Below are positions 37,236 through 46,450 of a stretch of 64,000 nt of DNA, piece after piece; within the stretch, counting starts at the first letter, position 1; every line of letters begins with the position of its first letter. The DNA comes from Bacillota bacterium. GTDB taxonomy: Bacteria; Bacillota; Sulfobacillia; JAJZYS01; JAJYTV01. The notes under the pieces are model-generated. The model did no database searches. It was not told the origin of the DNA and was given only the letters and a program-made list of their open reading frames with translations. The position numbers and the translations under genes are program-made. The DNA lies in contig JAJYSZ010000001.1 of the NCBI GenBank assembly GCA_021793315.1, forward strand, positions 52,423 through 116,422. The letters run 5' to 3'.

Positions 37236-38363
37236 GTGCTCTCGTTGATCATTCCGACCTTCAACGAACGCGATAACATCCAGCCCCTTTATGAGCGGGT
37301 TCGCAATGCTCTGGGCGCTGAGGAATACGAGATCATCTTCGTCGACGACAGCATCGACGAGACTACGCGCGAGATCGCCCGCCTCGCGGCGGAAGACCCC
37401 CGCGTGCGCCTCCTGCACCGCCGGGAGCGCGGCCTGTCCACTGCGGTCATCGCCGGGTTCGGCGCCGCGCAGGGCGACCTTGTCGCCGTGATGGACGCGG
37501 ACCTCCAGCATCCGCCAGAGATCCTGCCGCAGATGCTGGAGGCGCAGCGCCAGCGCGCAGCCGACCTGGTGGTGCCGTCCCGCTATGTGGATGGCGGCAA
37601 CCCCGGCGGACTCAACGGCCCGATCCGGCGCCTGCTCTCGCTGGGCGGCAAGGAACTTGCCCACCTCATGCTGCGCGAGAGCCGCGTCACCAGCGATCCC
37701 ATGTCCGGCTACTTTCTGGCTACGCGCGAGGCCGTGCTGCCGCTGCTTGGCGCCAAGCCCAAGGGCTTCAAAATCCTTCTGGAACTCCTCGTGCGCGGCC
37801 ACGTGCGCCGCACCGTGGAGGTGCCATATGTTTTCGCAGAGCGGTCCGCCAACCAGTCCAAGCTCGGTTGGAAGACGCAGGTGGACTACCTCAGACAGCT
37901 TCTGGACCTTGTTCCGGTCCATCCCGAGAACACCCGCTTCTTTCTCTTCGCACTCGTGGGCGGCACGGGAGTCGCCGTCAATGCCGCGCTCTTCTCGCTC
38001 CTGACGAGCGACCTGCTGACAGGTGTGCAGTACGCCGCCCTGCTGGCGTCGCCGATCGCCTCGAACGCGGCGATCATCTGGAACTTCATCTGGAACACTT
38101 CGATCACATGGCGCGACCGCTACCGCTCGGAATACCTCTGGCGGCATGCGCTCCGCTACGTTCTCGTCTCCGAGATGGGCACCCTGCTCACCTGGCTCGT
38201 GCTCATCGTCCTCCGCGCCATGGGCCTGCGCTTCGACCTCCTGGGCCAGTTGATCGGCATCGGCGTGGCGGTGCTGGCCACCTACCGCCTGAACGACCGC
38301 TGGACCTACCTGCCCGACGGCAAAACCGTCCTCGAGCCCGAGCGCAGCGTCTCCCGCCGTTAG
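37236..38363 (+). CDS. polyprenol-phosphate sugar synthase (Dpm1/GtrB-like GT2) fused to a GtrA-family membrane domain
   Basis: IIPTFNERDNI, VMDADLQHPPE (Dpm1-type DAD motif). C-terminal ~120 aa with four TM helices and the GtrA signature (VGGTGVAVNAALFSLL...NFIWNTSITW). Confidence 0.85.
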   Translation: MLSLIIPTFNERDNIQPLYERVRNALGAEEYEIIFVDDSIDETTREIARLAAEDPRVRLLHRRERGLSTAVIAGFGAAQGDLVAVMDADLQHPPEILPQMLEAQRQRAADLVVPSRYVDGGNPGGLNGPIRRLLSLGGKELAHLMLRESRVTSDPMSGYFLATREAVLPLLGAKPKGFKILLELLVRGHVRRTVEVPYVFAERSANQSKLGWKTQVDYLRQLLDLVPVHPENTRFFLFALVGGTGVAVNAALFSLLTSDLLTGVQYAALLASPIASNAAIIWNFIWNTSITWRDRYRSEYLWRHALRYVLVSEMGTLLTWLVLIVLRAMGLRFDLLGQLIGIGVAVLATYRLNDRWTYLPDGKTVLEPERSVSRR

Positions 38364-38366
38364 CGC

Positions 38367-39506
38367 ATGGTAACAGCCGGTACCCCTCCACGCTGGCGCG
38401 AGCGCATACCGCTGGCGCTTAGGGGATTCCTCTTTACGCTGGTGCCGATCTGGCTCATTGGCATCGTGGGCCTTTGGATACTGCCGCTGCCGCTCGGCTC
38501 TCACCACTGGGCTCCGCCCATCGCCGGCTGGGTCGGCCTGTTCGCCCGCTGGGATTCCGCCTGGTACTACCGCATCGCGGACATCGGCTACTGGCGCACG
38601 GCCGCCTACGCGTTCTCGCCTCTCTACCCGCTTCTGATGCGCGGCCTGCATGCCCTGACGGGCGTGCCTCTGGTCTTGAGCGGCGAACTGCTCGGCTGGG
38701 CCGCAGACCTCGCCGCGCTCGCGCTGCTTGTGCGGCTGTGGCGCGAGGAGGCCGGAGAGGAGGTGGCCCGCCGGGCGCTGTGGCTTCTGCTTGCCTACCC
38801 GGCCGGCTTCTTCCTGCTTGCGATGTACCCGGAGTCGCTCTACCTCCTGCTTTCCGTCGTCACGTACCTGCTGCTGCGCCGCGAACGCTACGTCTGGGCT
38901 GCAGTGGCGATGGCGCTGGCGGCGCTCTCGCGCGCCAACGGCATCCTGCTTATCCTGCCCTACCTCGCATTTGCCTGGGAGGGCTCGGGCCGCAAGCTCG
39001 ACCGGCTCTTCTGGCGGCGCGCCGCTCTCGCGCTGATCGGCGTTGCGGGACTCGGCCTCTACCTGGCCTACAGTTGGGCAACCAGCGGCGACCCGCTGCA
39101 GTTCCTGGCGCAGCAGGCCACTTGGCATCGCCACTTCACCGGCGGCGCCTTCGCGCTCGCCTACGCCCTCATCCACATCTTCTACGGTCAGGGTCTGCCC
39201 TTGACCATCACGGACTTCCTGGCGCCGCTCGCGTTTCTGGGCGTGATCGCCTTCGATCGCGGCCGGCTGACGCTCGGCGACAAGCTTTACGTCTTTTTCG
39301 GCGTTCTGTCGATCCTGGTCGACCCGTCGATTCCAAACGGCTTCGTTCTTATGAGTGCGACACGCCTCGTCATGCCGTACTTCCCTGTATACCGTGTAGT
39401 CGCGGAACGGCTGACCGAGCGGCAATGGCGCATAACTATGGGGGTGATGGCCTTCCTGCAGGTGTGGTTCTGGTTTACATATACGCACTGGTGGTTTTCC
39501 GGATAG
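38367..39506 (+). CDS. GT-C fold membrane glycosyltransferase, PIG-V/Gpi18-like mannosyltransferase family
   Basis: FARWDSAWYYRIADIGY and the subsequent TM arrangement parallel the PIG-V family (RWD..H...IAE.GY). 379 aa polytopic. Starts 3 nt after the stop of the preceding GT2 gene. Confidence 0.6.
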   Translation: MVTAGTPPRWRERIPLALRGFLFTLVPIWLIGIVGLWILPLPLGSHHWAPPIAGWVGLFARWDSAWYYRIADIGYWRTAAYAFSPLYPLLMRGLHALTGVPLVLSGELLGWAADLAALALLVRLWREEAGEEVARRALWLLLAYPAGFFLLAMYPESLYLLLSVVTYLLLRRERYVWAAVAMALAALSRANGILLILPYLAFAWEGSGRKLDRLFWRRAALALIGVAGLGLYLAYSWATSGDPLQFLAQQATWHRHFTGGAFALAYALIHIFYGQGLPLTITDFLAPLAFLGVIAFDRGRLTLGDKLYVFFGVLSILVDPSIPNGFVLMSATRLVMPYFPVYRVVAERLTERQWRITMGVMAFLQVWFWFTYTHWWFSG

Positions 39507-39658
39507 CCCTCGGCCAACTCTTGGCTCGCTCTAAGTTTGTTCCTGTACGGTCCTAGATGACCCCGGAGCCAGGGCTTCTGTGCTACCGTAGTTGCGGTTG
39601 TACGTGTGAAAGAGAACGCAGATCGGCGCCTCGCGTCGTACGTCGAAGGAGGATCTTC

Positions 39659-40834
39659 TTGCGCATACTGATCATCGGTGGCGACGGTTACCTGGGCTGG
39701 CCGACGGCTATGCATTTCGCCCAGCGCGGACATGAAGTCGCAGTACTCGATAACATGATCAAGCGCCGCTGGGAGAGCGAGCTCGGAGTCGCTCCGCTCT
39801 GGCCCATCGCAACGCTGACCGAGCGCGCGCAGGCCCTGCGCGAGACTACGGACCGCGAAGTCGAGGTGTTCGTCGGCGACGTCGCCGACAAGTCGGTGGT
39901 CCGGGGCGTGCTTTCGCGTTTCCTGCCGGAGGCGATCGTACACTACGGCGAGCAACCCTCAGCGCCGTTCTCGATGATCGACGCCGAACACGCCATCCTC
40001 TCGCAGGCCAACAACGTCCTCGGCACGCTGCAGCTCGCCTTCGCCATGCACGACATCGTGCCTGACGCGCACTTGATCAAGCTGGGCACGATGGGCGAAT
40101 ACGGCACGCCGAACATCGATATCGAGGAAGGCTACCTCGAGATCGAGCACAACGGCCGACGTGACCGCCTGCCCTTCCCCAAGAGCCCCGGCTCCTTCTA
40201 CCACCTTTCGAAGGTCCACGACTCCCACAACCTGATGTTCGCCGCGAAGCTCTGGAACCTGCGCATCACCGACCTCAACCAGGGCGTCGTCTACGGCACC
40301 ACCACCGACGAGACCGCAATGGATCCGCGGCTGGCGACGAGCTTCCACTATGACGAGTACTTCGGCACGGTGATCAACCGCTTCGTGGCGCAGGCCGTCG
40401 CCGGCATGCCGCTCACCGTGTACGGCGCGGGGGGCCAGAAGCGCGGCTACCTCAACATCCGCGACACCTTGCAGTGCGTCGAGATCGCCGCGATGAACCC
40501 TGCGTCAGCTGGAGAGTTCCGGGTCTTCAACCAGTTCACCGAGCAGTTCACGATCGACGAACTGGCGAATCTCGTGGTGGAGGCCGCCGCCAAGCAGGGC
40601 ATCCGGGCGGAGAAGAAATCCATCCCGAACCCGCGCATGGAGCTCGAGAATCACCACTACAACGCGCGCAACAGCGGGCTGATCGCCCTTGGTCTACAGC
40701 CGCACCGCCTGACTGTCGACGTGCTGGCCGGCATGATCGCGTGGGCAGCGCAGCACCCCGAGCGCATCAGCCGCGACGTCATCATCCCGACCGTCCAGTG
40801 GCGCAAGCAGCCTGAGGGCGTCCGCGAAGCCTGA
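39659..40834 (+). CDS. sqdB: UDP-sulfoquinovose synthase (SqdB/SQD1/Agl3 family)
   Basis: TTG start 6 nt after AAGGAGG. ILIIGGDGYLGW Rossmann motif, HYGEQPSAPFSMID, KLGTMGEYGTPNIDIEEGY, SFYHLSKVHDSHNL, DLNQGVVYG are SQD1-family signatures rather than generic epimerase motifs. Confidence 0.85.
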   Translation: MRILIIGGDGYLGWPTAMHFAQRGHEVAVLDNMIKRRWESELGVAPLWPIATLTERAQALRETTDREVEVFVGDVADKSVVRGVLSRFLPEAIVHYGEQPSAPFSMIDAEHAILSQANNVLGTLQLAFAMHDIVPDAHLIKLGTMGEYGTPNIDIEEGYLEIEHNGRRDRLPFPKSPGSFYHLSKVHDSHNLMFAAKLWNLRITDLNQGVVYGTTTDETAMDPRLATSFHYDEYFGTVINRFVAQAVAGMPLTVYGAGGQKRGYLNIRDTLQCVEIAAMNPASAGEFRVFNQFTEQFTIDELANLVVEAAAKQGIRAEKKSIPNPRMELENHHYNARNSGLIALGLQPHRLTVDVLAGMIAWAAQHPERISRDVIIPTVQWRKQPEGVREA

Positions 40835-40865
40835 TCGAGCAGCATTCGCAAGGGGGGGTGAGAGC

Positions 40866-41792
40866 ATGCGCCAGCGGGTTTGGACGTGGGGCATCCCAGC
40901 GGTCTTTTCGCTTGCCGGCGTCTACGCCGTGGTCAAGAGCCTCGGCTCCCTCAACATGCTCTGGCACGTCCACCCCTACTGGCCCGACCTTCTGCTCGTG
41001 CTCGTCGTCTATCCCGTGTTCGCCGCCGGGCGGGGCCTGCGCTTCCGCCAGTTGCTGCGCGACGAGGGCACCTGGCAGAAGACGGTCGGCCTCGGCTGGC
41101 TCTACTCAGCTGCGTGCAGCGTGCTGCCGGGCGGCATCGGCGAGGTGTCGCTGCCGCTCATCTACCGGAGCGCGCCCGGCGGTCCTGCGCACGCCACCGC
41201 CGCCATGGCGGTGGCGCGGGTGCAGGACCTGCTCTCGTGGCTCGTCATCCTGGTCATCGCCGGCTTCGCCGTATCCACGCTGCCAGCCGGCTCCATGGCC
41301 CTTTTGAGCATCTCTCTCGTCGTGACGGCGGTCGGCACGCTCGTGGTCTTCGTCCCACCGGCGCGGCGCTTCCTATTCCGCCTGGCTGGCCTCATTCCCT
41401 GGCCCAAGCTGCACCGCTTCCTCGCGCAGATCGACGAGCGGCTCGGCGACATGGTCTACAACTTGCCCAGCTGGATCGTCACCTTCGGGCTACGCCTGCT
41501 GAGCATCCTCTCCTACTACCTGTCGCTGCGGGCCTTCGGCGCTCCCGTCACCTTCGCCGAGGCGTCCGTCGGCGGGGCTCTGGCAGCCCTGCTGCTTGTC
41601 CTGCCCGTGCAGGGCGTGGCCGGGCTCGGCACCGTCGAGGTGTGGTGGATCATGATCCTGCGCCTCTTCGGCACTCCCTGGTCGGTGGCCGCCGTGGCCG
41701 CGATCGGCGTCCACTTGACCCTGCTTGTCCTGTCGGTGGCCGTGGGCGGCCTGTCGTTCAAGACGTCCCCGGGCCTTCTATCCACCACCTGA
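40866..41792 (+). CDS. UPF0104 / lysylphosphatidylglycerol-synthase-TM-like flippase-type membrane protein
   Basis: 308 aa, ~8 TM, resembles the LPG_synthase_TM family that often accompanies Dpm1-like GT2 enzymes. Confidence 0.65.
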   Translation: MRQRVWTWGIPAVFSLAGVYAVVKSLGSLNMLWHVHPYWPDLLLVLVVYPVFAAGRGLRFRQLLRDEGTWQKTVGLGWLYSAACSVLPGGIGEVSLPLIYRSAPGGPAHATAAMAVARVQDLLSWLVILVIAGFAVSTLPAGSMALLSISLVVTAVGTLVVFVPPARRFLFRLAGLIPWPKLHRFLAQIDERLGDMVYNLPSWIVTFGLRLLSILSYYLSLRAFGAPVTFAEASVGGALAALLLVLPVQGVAGLGTVEVWWIMILRLFGTPWSVAAVAAIGVHLTLLVLSVAVGGLSFKTSPGLLSTT

Positions 41793-41808
41793 ACGGAGGA
41801 ACGACGCC

Positions 41809-42846
41809 ATGAGCGCCCTACGCCTCGGCGGCATTCTCGTCGCACTGATCCTTGGCTTCATGGTCCTGCGCGGGCTCTCACGCCGCGCGCCGACCTCCGT
41901 CGACGGCCTCGGCTTCCTGGCCGCCCTCATCCTTCTGGCGGTTTCCCTGTTCCCGGGCCTCGTCAACGTCCCGACGGACCTCCTGCTCCTCGGGCGCGCG
42001 CCGAGCGGACGCCTGCTCGCGCTCATCCTTGCGTCGAACATCGTGCTCTGGCTCTACACGTTCTGGTCCGCGGGCCTGCACCGCCGGAGCCACGAGCGTG
42101 CGGACGGGCAGCTGGAGGCCCTGGTGGCCCGCATCGCGTCGCAAGGTGCGAACCCCGACCTCGGCGGCATCGTCATCGTGATGCCCGCCTACAACGAGGA
42201 GGAGTCCGTGGCGCAGGTCGTGCGCGGACTGCCGAGGGAGATCCTCGGCCAGCACGTGTACCCCGTCGTGGTCGCCGACGGCTGCAGCGACCAGACGACG
42301 GCCGTGGCGCGCAGCGCCGGAGCGCTGGTGCTGGACCTGCCGATCAACATGGGCGGCGGGGCGGCCATCCGGGTCGGTTACAACTTCGCCGCTCAGAGCG
42401 GAGCTCGCGTGATCGTCACCATGGACGCCGACGGGCAGCATCTCGCCTCCGACATCGAGGGGCTGGTCGCGCCGATCCTGCACGGCGAGGCGGACTTCGT
42501 GATCGGCTCGCGCCGCCTGGGCACGTTCGAGAAGGTGAGCGCACTGCGCAGCGCGGGGCTGTCCTTCTTCAACTTTTTTCTCAACCTTCTGCTGCAGACC
42601 CGGCTCACCGACTGCTCTTCGGGCTTCAGGGCCTTCGACGCGCACAAGCTGACGCACCTCGAGACCTCGGAGAGCCAGTACCACACGTCGGAGACCATCA
42701 TGCTCGTGCGGCGGCTCGGGCTGCGCATCGCGGAGCGTCCGATCACCGTCCAGCGCCGCATCGCCGGTCAGAGCAAGAAGGGGAACGATTTCGTCTACGG
42801 CTATCGTTTCGCGCGCACCATGCTGACCCGATGGCTGCGCGGGTAG
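41809..42846 (+). CDS. GT2 glycosyltransferase, Dpm1-like, with N-terminal membrane anchor region
   Basis: ATG 41809 (MSALRLGGILVALILGF...). ~100 aa N-terminal TM region, then VIVMPAYNEEESV, VTMDADGQH (DAD), FVIGSRRLG. Confidence 0.85.
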   Translation: MSALRLGGILVALILGFMVLRGLSRRAPTSVDGLGFLAALILLAVSLFPGLVNVPTDLLLLGRAPSGRLLALILASNIVLWLYTFWSAGLHRRSHERADGQLEALVARIASQGANPDLGGIVIVMPAYNEEESVAQVVRGLPREILGQHVYPVVVADGCSDQTTAVARSAGALVLDLPINMGGGAAIRVGYNFAAQSGARVIVTMDADGQHLASDIEGLVAPILHGEADFVIGSRRLGTFEKVSALRSAGLSFFNFFLNLLLQTRLTDCSSGFRAFDAHKLTHLETSESQYHTSETIMLVRRLGLRIAERPITVQRRIAGQSKKGNDFVYGYRFARTMLTRWLRG

Positions 42847-42853
42847 GGCGGAC

Positions 42854-44701
42854 GTGGCAAAGGCGGACGCGGTTGCGCCGCAGCGCAGGGGCCTCGGCCA
42901 AGTGCTGAGGCCCGTTGCGCATTTCGTGGTGCGCCTGGTTCCGCCAAGCCGCAGGGCGGAACTCGAGCGGGCAGGCACCACGCCCTATGGCTTCGGGCTG
43001 GGCCTGGCCGTCTACCTGGTGCTCACCCTCGCCGTGCTGGGACCCACGCTCGTGCGTCCCGGCGGGAGCTTCCCAGGCTATGGCGGCGACGCGGAGCAGT
43101 ACATGTGGTACATCGGCTGGTTCTGGCATGCCGTCGCGTCAGGCAAGAACCCCTTCATCACTCTCTTGATCAACTACCCGCACGGCATGAACCTGATGTG
43201 GAACACGTCGATCATCGCGGAATCGGTCCTCCTGGGCCCGCTGGCCGCCACGATCGGCACCACCGCAAGCTACAACCTCTGGTTCGGGCTGAACTACGTT
43301 TTGGCCGGGGTCCTGGGACAGGCGATCTGGGCCCGCCTCGGCGCACGCCAGTGGCTCAGCATCCTGGGCGGCCTCTTGACCGTGACACTGCCCTACATGA
43401 CGACGCAGGCCCTCTCCCACATCAGCCTGATCACGATCGAGCTCCTGCTGGGCATCGTGCTGATCCTGCTGAAGCTCGCGCAGGACCGGCCGCACCGGGT
43501 GTGGCTCTGGGGCGTCCTGGCGGGCGCCCTGCTCGCACTGCAGTTCTACACGCTGCTCGAGGTGCTGGTCAGCGCCGTCCTGACAGGTGCACTCACGCTG
43601 GTCGTCGCCTGGTTCGCCGCCCGCCAGGATCTTGTCCGGGTCGCGCGGCGCATCCCGCCCGCCTTCTGGGTGGCGGCCGCCGTCACGGCGGGCGTCCTCG
43701 CCGCTCCGGGGCTCTACGAGATGCTGTTCGGGCCGTTCCGCGTCTTCCACTCGGTGCAGCCCCCGAACGTCTACGTAGTCGACCTCGTGAACCTCATCCT
43801 GCCAACCCACGCCTTCCTCGTGCACTTCCCCGGCACCGATCCCGCGGCCTGGTTCACGGGCAACTTCGCCGAGGACAACGGCTACCTCGGCATCCCGGCC
43901 CTGCTGCTGCTCCTCTGGGCCGTGCGCCGGCTCTGGCGGCGGCCGCTGGTGCGCGTGCTCGCCATCGTCGCGGGCATCGTCACCGTGCTGGCCCTTGGCC
44001 ACACGCTGCACCTGATCGGCTGGACGTCGCCCCTGCCGCTGCCCTGGGCGGCGGTCAGCCTGCTGCCCTTCGTCAAGGACCTGCTGCCAACCCGCCTCAT
44101 GCTCTATACCGACCTCGCCGTCGTGGCCATCACCGTACTGGCCGTCGAGGACTACCTTCGCCACGGCGGCACCGGGGCGGGACACAGGCCATACTGGCTT
44201 TTGGGCCTGATGGTCGCCACGTGGCTGCCCGTCCTGCCCTATCCCAATACCACGCTCCCGCAAGCCACGGTGGACATGGCGCCCAAGACCGCGGTGGCGA
44301 AGGCGCTGCGCGGACAGCCCACCTACGTGCTCACCATGGCGTTCCCCGAGACCATGCAGATGCTGCAGCAGGCGGGCTACAGCTTCCCTGTCGCCAATGT
44401 CTACGGCCACAACGACAACACCATCAGACGCCAGCAGCAGCTGCAGGGCGTCCAGGTGTTGCTGAACCCGAGTCTCGCCCCGGAGATCTACCAGACCATT
44501 CTTGTCGACGACCTGATGCGGCTGCATGTCACGCGGCTCTACTTCCTGCCGCGCCCGAACTACGGTTCGACCACGATCCCTCAGGAGGCCCTGCGCCAGA
44601 TCAACGCGACGCTCGGGCCGCCGATCGCCGCCTCGCCCACTGGCAGCATCGTCTGGCGCGTGCCGAAAACTCCGGTCTTCGAACAGAACCCACAGCCGTA
44701 A
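42854..44701 (+). CDS. large polytopic membrane protein, probable GT-C glycosyltransferase (YfhO/PMT-like)
   Basis: 615 aa, >12 TM. Conserved-looking loop GGDAEQYMWYIGWFWHAVASGKNPFITLLINYPHGMNL near the N-terminus. Directly follows the GT2 gene (8-nt gap). Confidence 0.55.
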   Translation: MAKADAVAPQRRGLGQVLRPVAHFVVRLVPPSRRAELERAGTTPYGFGLGLAVYLVLTLAVLGPTLVRPGGSFPGYGGDAEQYMWYIGWFWHAVASGKNPFITLLINYPHGMNLMWNTSIIAESVLLGPLAATIGTTASYNLWFGLNYVLAGVLGQAIWARLGARQWLSILGGLLTVTLPYMTTQALSHISLITIELLLGIVLILLKLAQDRPHRVWLWGVLAGALLALQFYTLLEVLVSAVLTGALTLVVAWFAARQDLVRVARRIPPAFWVAAAVTAGVLAAPGLYEMLFGPFRVFHSVQPPNVYVVDLVNLILPTHAFLVHFPGTDPAAWFTGNFAEDNGYLGIPALLLLLWAVRRLWRRPLVRVLAIVAGIVTVLALGHTLHLIGWTSPLPLPWAAVSLLPFVKDLLPTRLMLYTDLAVVAITVLAVEDYLRHGGTGAGHRPYWLLGLMVATWLPVLPYPNTTLPQATVDMAPKTAVAKALRGQPTYVLTMAFPETMQMLQQAGYSFPVANVYGHNDNTIRRQQQLQGVQVLLNPSLAPEIYQTILVDDLMRLHVTRLYFLPRPNYGSTTIPQEALRQINATLGPPIAASPTGSIVWRVPKTPVFEQNPQP

Positions 44702-44733
44702 GCGGGGTGGCCATCGATGGCCACCCCGCTTCG

Positions 44734-45864
44734 TCAACGCCCGCTGCGGATCCCCGTGAACTCCTGCACCCGATTCACGAGCCCGGGAGGCCAGTCGTTC
44801 AGGATCTGATCCACGTGCAGCGGCGTGCCGCGCAGATCAAGCTCATCGCGTTCGATCGGCTCGTCGCGGTCATCGGCGACCACGGTCACCACGGGCTGGA
44901 GCGGATGACCCTGGTTCAGGCCGGTCACCGCGCCGAGCAGCCCGTTGGTCAGGCGGACGATCTCGCCGACCGGGATGATCGCGACGTGGGCCAGAATCGC
45001 CTGCACCGCCGACGCGTCGAGCTTCGGACCAGCCTCCTCCTGCATGATCTGCAGCACGCGTCTCGGTGCGTAACGCGCCCGGTAGTTGCGTTCTGCCCGG
45101 ATGGCGTCGAAGACGTCCGCTGCCGCGACGACGCGCGAGAACACGTAGATCTCGTCGCCTTTGAGGTGCGAGGGGTAACCTGAGCCGTCCAGACGCTCAT
45201 GGTGTTGGAGGACGACGATCGACGACGTCGGCATGATGTTCTGGAATCCCTCGTGCACGAGATCCCAGCCGAGCCTGGGGTGCTGTTTGATGATCTCGAA
45301 CTCGTCGGCGGTCAGGGCGGCCGGCTTCTGCAGGATCTCCTGCGGCACCGTAACCTTGCCGACGTCGTGCAGGATTGCGCCCGTCCCGAGTCGCACCAGC
45401 TGGTCCTCCGTCATCAGGAGGTGCTTGCCCACCAGCACCGACAGGATGGCCACCTGCACCGAGTGCTCGAATGTATAGTTATCCCAGGTCCTCAGGTGGG
45501 CGACGTTGGCGACGACATCGTCGTTGTGCAGGATGTCGTCGACGAGGCTGCGCAGCGCAGCGGCCAGGCGCAGCGCCTGCGCCTGGCTCGGCGGCGCCTT
45601 CTCCTTCGCGGACTTGAAGATGTCCTCCAGGCAGCGCCGCGTGACGTTCACGGTCTCATCGCGGACGACCGCCTGCACTTCCAGATCGGGAAAGAGCTCG
45701 TCCGTCACCCAGATCGCCTGGATGCCCCGGCGCTGCAGCGCCGCCACCATCGAAGGGCGGATCCGGGTGCCTCTACGGAGCAGCGGCGTGCGGCCCGTGC
45801 GGTTGTAGATGGTCTTCGCGGAAAACTTCCCGACGATCTGCTCGTCGACCTGTACCCTGCGCAA
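44734..45864 (-). CDS. HD-GYP domain c-di-GMP phosphodiesterase
   Basis: HDVGKV..., HHERLDGSGYP. 376 aa with an N-terminal regulatory region. Confidence 0.85.
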   Translation of the reverse strand: MRRVQVDEQIVGKFSAKTIYNRTGRTPLLRRGTRIRPSMVAALQRRGIQAIWVTDELFPDLEVQAVVRDETVNVTRRCLEDIFKSAKEKAPPSQAQALRLAAALRSLVDDILHNDDVVANVAHLRTWDNYTFEHSVQVAILSVLVGKHLLMTEDQLVRLGTGAILHDVGKVTVPQEILQKPAALTADEFEIIKQHPRLGWDLVHEGFQNIMPTSSIVVLQHHERLDGSGYPSHLKGDEIYVFSRVVAAADVFDAIRAERNYRARYAPRRVLQIMQEEAGPKLDASAVQAILAHVAIIPVGEIVRLTNGLLGAVTGLNQGHPLQPVVTVVADDRDEPIERDELDLRGTPLHVDQILNDWPPGLVNRVQEFTGIRSGR

Positions 45865-46450
45865 GTAGTGACCCCCGTTTGCAAGTGCCAGACAAGGTCA
45901 CCATATTCTACAGTCCGGCTCCGTATCCCTCCGATAGGAATAGAGCCCGCTGTCAAAACGGATGCAAAAGATCTCATTGGGCCATGAGTGTCGGCCCCGA
46001 GCGTTGGAGAATTCGGCCCTCCAATACCATGTAGGTGTTCATGCTGTCCCCTTGCCGAAAGTCCGTCGCCGCATGGAACCTTCTGGTACGAGTTATCCGC
46101 GAGGGTCCACGCCGCCTAGAGGCCGTGGGCCCCCTCCACGCCGGCATCTCCTGGATGAGCCTCGCGCCCACCCCTCGCCGGCGTCGGTCCCGGAGCACAC
46201 CGATTTCATCGAGCGGGAGTTCCCGTTCTTGGTCCTGGCGCGGCGGCGCCACGACCCGGAACAGGCAGCCCACGGCGGCATTGTCCAGAACAAAACCGCC
46301 TGGTTGGCAAATAAGGCCCGTGCCGCACAGGGGCCGAGCGGCGTGCGGGCACCTCCGCGCCTCTCAAAGGTCGAAGTCCGCGTCCTGCAGCGCAAGATCC
46401 GCCGGCGGAGCCCGTCGCCCACCCCCGGCCGCCTCCACGGGAGGACCTGA

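Noticed and set aside
43105-45183. 692-aa plus-strand ORF
   Set aside because: It is an alternative frame over the GT-C gene and antisense to the HD-GYP gene (R/P/G-rich), so not a credible protein.
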